64,000 bases of DNA from Schmidtea polychroa. Its lineage: Eukaryota. The translations under genes were made by a program, and so were the position numbers. The notes under the pieces were generated by a model. The model searched no databases, had not been told where the DNA came from, and worked only from the letters and a program-made list of their open reading frames with translations. Of the stretch, positions 62,346 to 64,000 are shown piece by piece (positions within the stretch are counted from its first letter, which is position 1; every line of letters begins with the position of its first letter). The DNA lies in assembly GCA_044892525.1 (NCBI GenBank), contig CM097885.1:41480001-41544000 (forward strand). The letters are read 5' to 3'.

Positions 62346-63333
62346 TTCTTATATATAAAATACTAAATGTGTTTGTTTGTCACATTTCACTGTCAATGTT
62401 CCCTCTAAGCCAAAGTCAGCTTCGCTGAGCAGCCTTTAAATACAAATGAGCGTCAAAATGCTATAACGTGGTTGTAAGAGTTTTAAAACGACACTACTGA
62501 AATATACCGTTATTATGCATCTGGTTATTAACATTGAAAATTTTTAAATATTCAAAATGAACCACATAATAATATTGAGTATCAAAAATTCGTAATGTTT
62601 TATAATAAATATGTTAATTGGAAGGTGAAAATAAAATAAAAAATAAAGTATACTGCGCTGAAAATAATTTTGCTGCGCTGGGGTGTTGGAGGTGCTGCGC
62701 GCGCGTACGCGCGCAGCTTAGAGGGAACGTTGTTCACTTTTCGCATTTTTTTTCAATACCCTGATATAAAGTACAACATTTATTACATCGTAAATGGTGC
62801 AAATTTGATGTTATAAATTCCGTAGTTTTTTTTAATTATTTTTTTATTTTAATTTTTTTAATTCACTGTTATTAACGTATAAAATGCTATAAATTAAGAT
62901 AGCTGTGAGATTTCGTTACTTCTCACTTTCGTTATATACCTTCTCTTATGGTTTTAACGCCTTAAGTATATTTAATTATATTTTAATTACTAATTATTAA
63001 AATTGCAAAAGTTTATATTCCAAAAATATGTAAAATATTTATTATAATTATTAATGAAGTTAGCATCTGAAGAATGGTAACATATAAAGATTTGAAGTCG
63101 ATGCGGAAGAATAACCTTAACTTAAGTTACTCCAGACTTTATTTCAAATAAGGAGCTTCAACAGTATTGTTGCATAATATTAAACCTCAAAAACGGCAAA
63201 CTCTTTTTATATTTTATATTGTAACTATTAATATTATGCTAATCGAATAATAATGTGAAAAATGAAACTAAGTAATTTATTAAAACATTAATTAATTAGA
63301 AAAATATAGCCGTAGCGACAGACATTTTTAGTC
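62346..63333 (+). mobile_element. Possible non-autonomous Helitron-like element
   Basis: 5' TCTTATATATAAAA..TGTTTGTTTGT and a degenerate 3' CCGTAGCG..TAGT end. Weak. Confidence 0.3.
62394..62732. mobile_element. hAT-type MITE
   Basis: TIRs CAATGTTCCCTCTAAGC/GCTTAGAGGGAACGTTG; 8-bp flanks TTCACTGT/TTCACTTT. Confidence 0.85.
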
Positions 63334-63366
63334 ATTTCAAAAATTGTAATTTTATATTGAATTTAG

Positions 63367-63721
63367 ATTCTACGATTTGCAGAAAATCCACGGAACAATC
63401 AATCACATTGCCAACATCAATTTATCACCAGAACATTTTATTCCTGTTAAAGTGATTTGTGATGACCGGCAATTGGAATTGATAGTTGATGTTCGTAGCA
63501 CTGTAAGTGAGGCGAAAAAATTGTTTTGTCAAAAGTTCGGTATTTCTGATCCATACAATTTCGTTCTCAAGTACTGGGATCATGTTATGACTGAGATTCA
63601 AGGCCCAGAACTTATGAAGTCTGGAAATCGAAATTTGTATGCGTATAGAGTAAGTAAAAATGACTGGTTCACTTTGGATAAAAAAATATTAAATTGTGAA
63701 TCGAGAAAATTTAGTCGATAA
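63367..63721 (+). CDS. TBCEL: TBCEL last coding exon (ubiquitin-like domain)
   Basis: Phase-2 junction gives KFYDLQKIHGTINHIANINLSP, then STVSEAKK..GPELMKSGNRNLYAYRVSKND, a TBCEL-like C-terminal UBL domain. Stop at 63721. Confidence 0.88.
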
Positions 63722-64000
63722 ATAGCAATAATGATGCTGCCATTTTGAAACGATTTTGTAGTTTATTGATTTTATTGTATTTAATCGGAATACATTTTAT
63801 TCTTTGACCCGCAAAAATATTCAATATTTGTTTTAATCAATAGAATAATTATTGAACCATTATATCAGTAACATATAAAGAATTATTAAATTCTGTGGAG
63901 TTGTCTATAAAAGTCGTCCGCAGATAACATTGCCAACTGTGCAAGTTTAATTTAGAAACTGTAGTTTTACAAAAATTCTTCATTCTCCAGTTCAGACTAT

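Overview
AT-rich, transposon-laden eukaryotic DNA, most likely from an invertebrate animal. One clear multi-exon host gene is present: TBCEL (tubulin-folding cofactor E-like), + strand, six coding exons over 35768-63721. Its ~19.7-kb second intron contains a full-length 13.9-kb Polinton/Maverick (40415-54314) with AGTAGT...ACTACT ends, a perfect 6-bp TSD (GACAAT) and long composite TIRs. The element encodes pPolB, RVE integrase, packaging ATPase, adenain-like protease, and major and minor capsid proteins. It is unusual in two ways. It encodes its own compact TATA-binding-protein (TBP)-like protein (42053-42499). Several of its genes, including integrase and protease, are split by 41-50-nt GT-AG introns whose removal restores conserved motifs or joins ORFs in frame. 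It also shows a predicted myristoylated ORF overlapping the integrase, a SIM-like cluster at the pPolB N-terminus, and DR1/bZIP motif arrays in the TIRs. The left half holds relics of related Polintons, a decayed hAT with 8-bp TSD, Penelope-like fragments with minimal hammerhead ribozymes, decayed mariner and pogo elements, many MITEs, microsatellites and an orphan 4-TM ORF. All assignments come from motif recognition by eye; no database searches were run.
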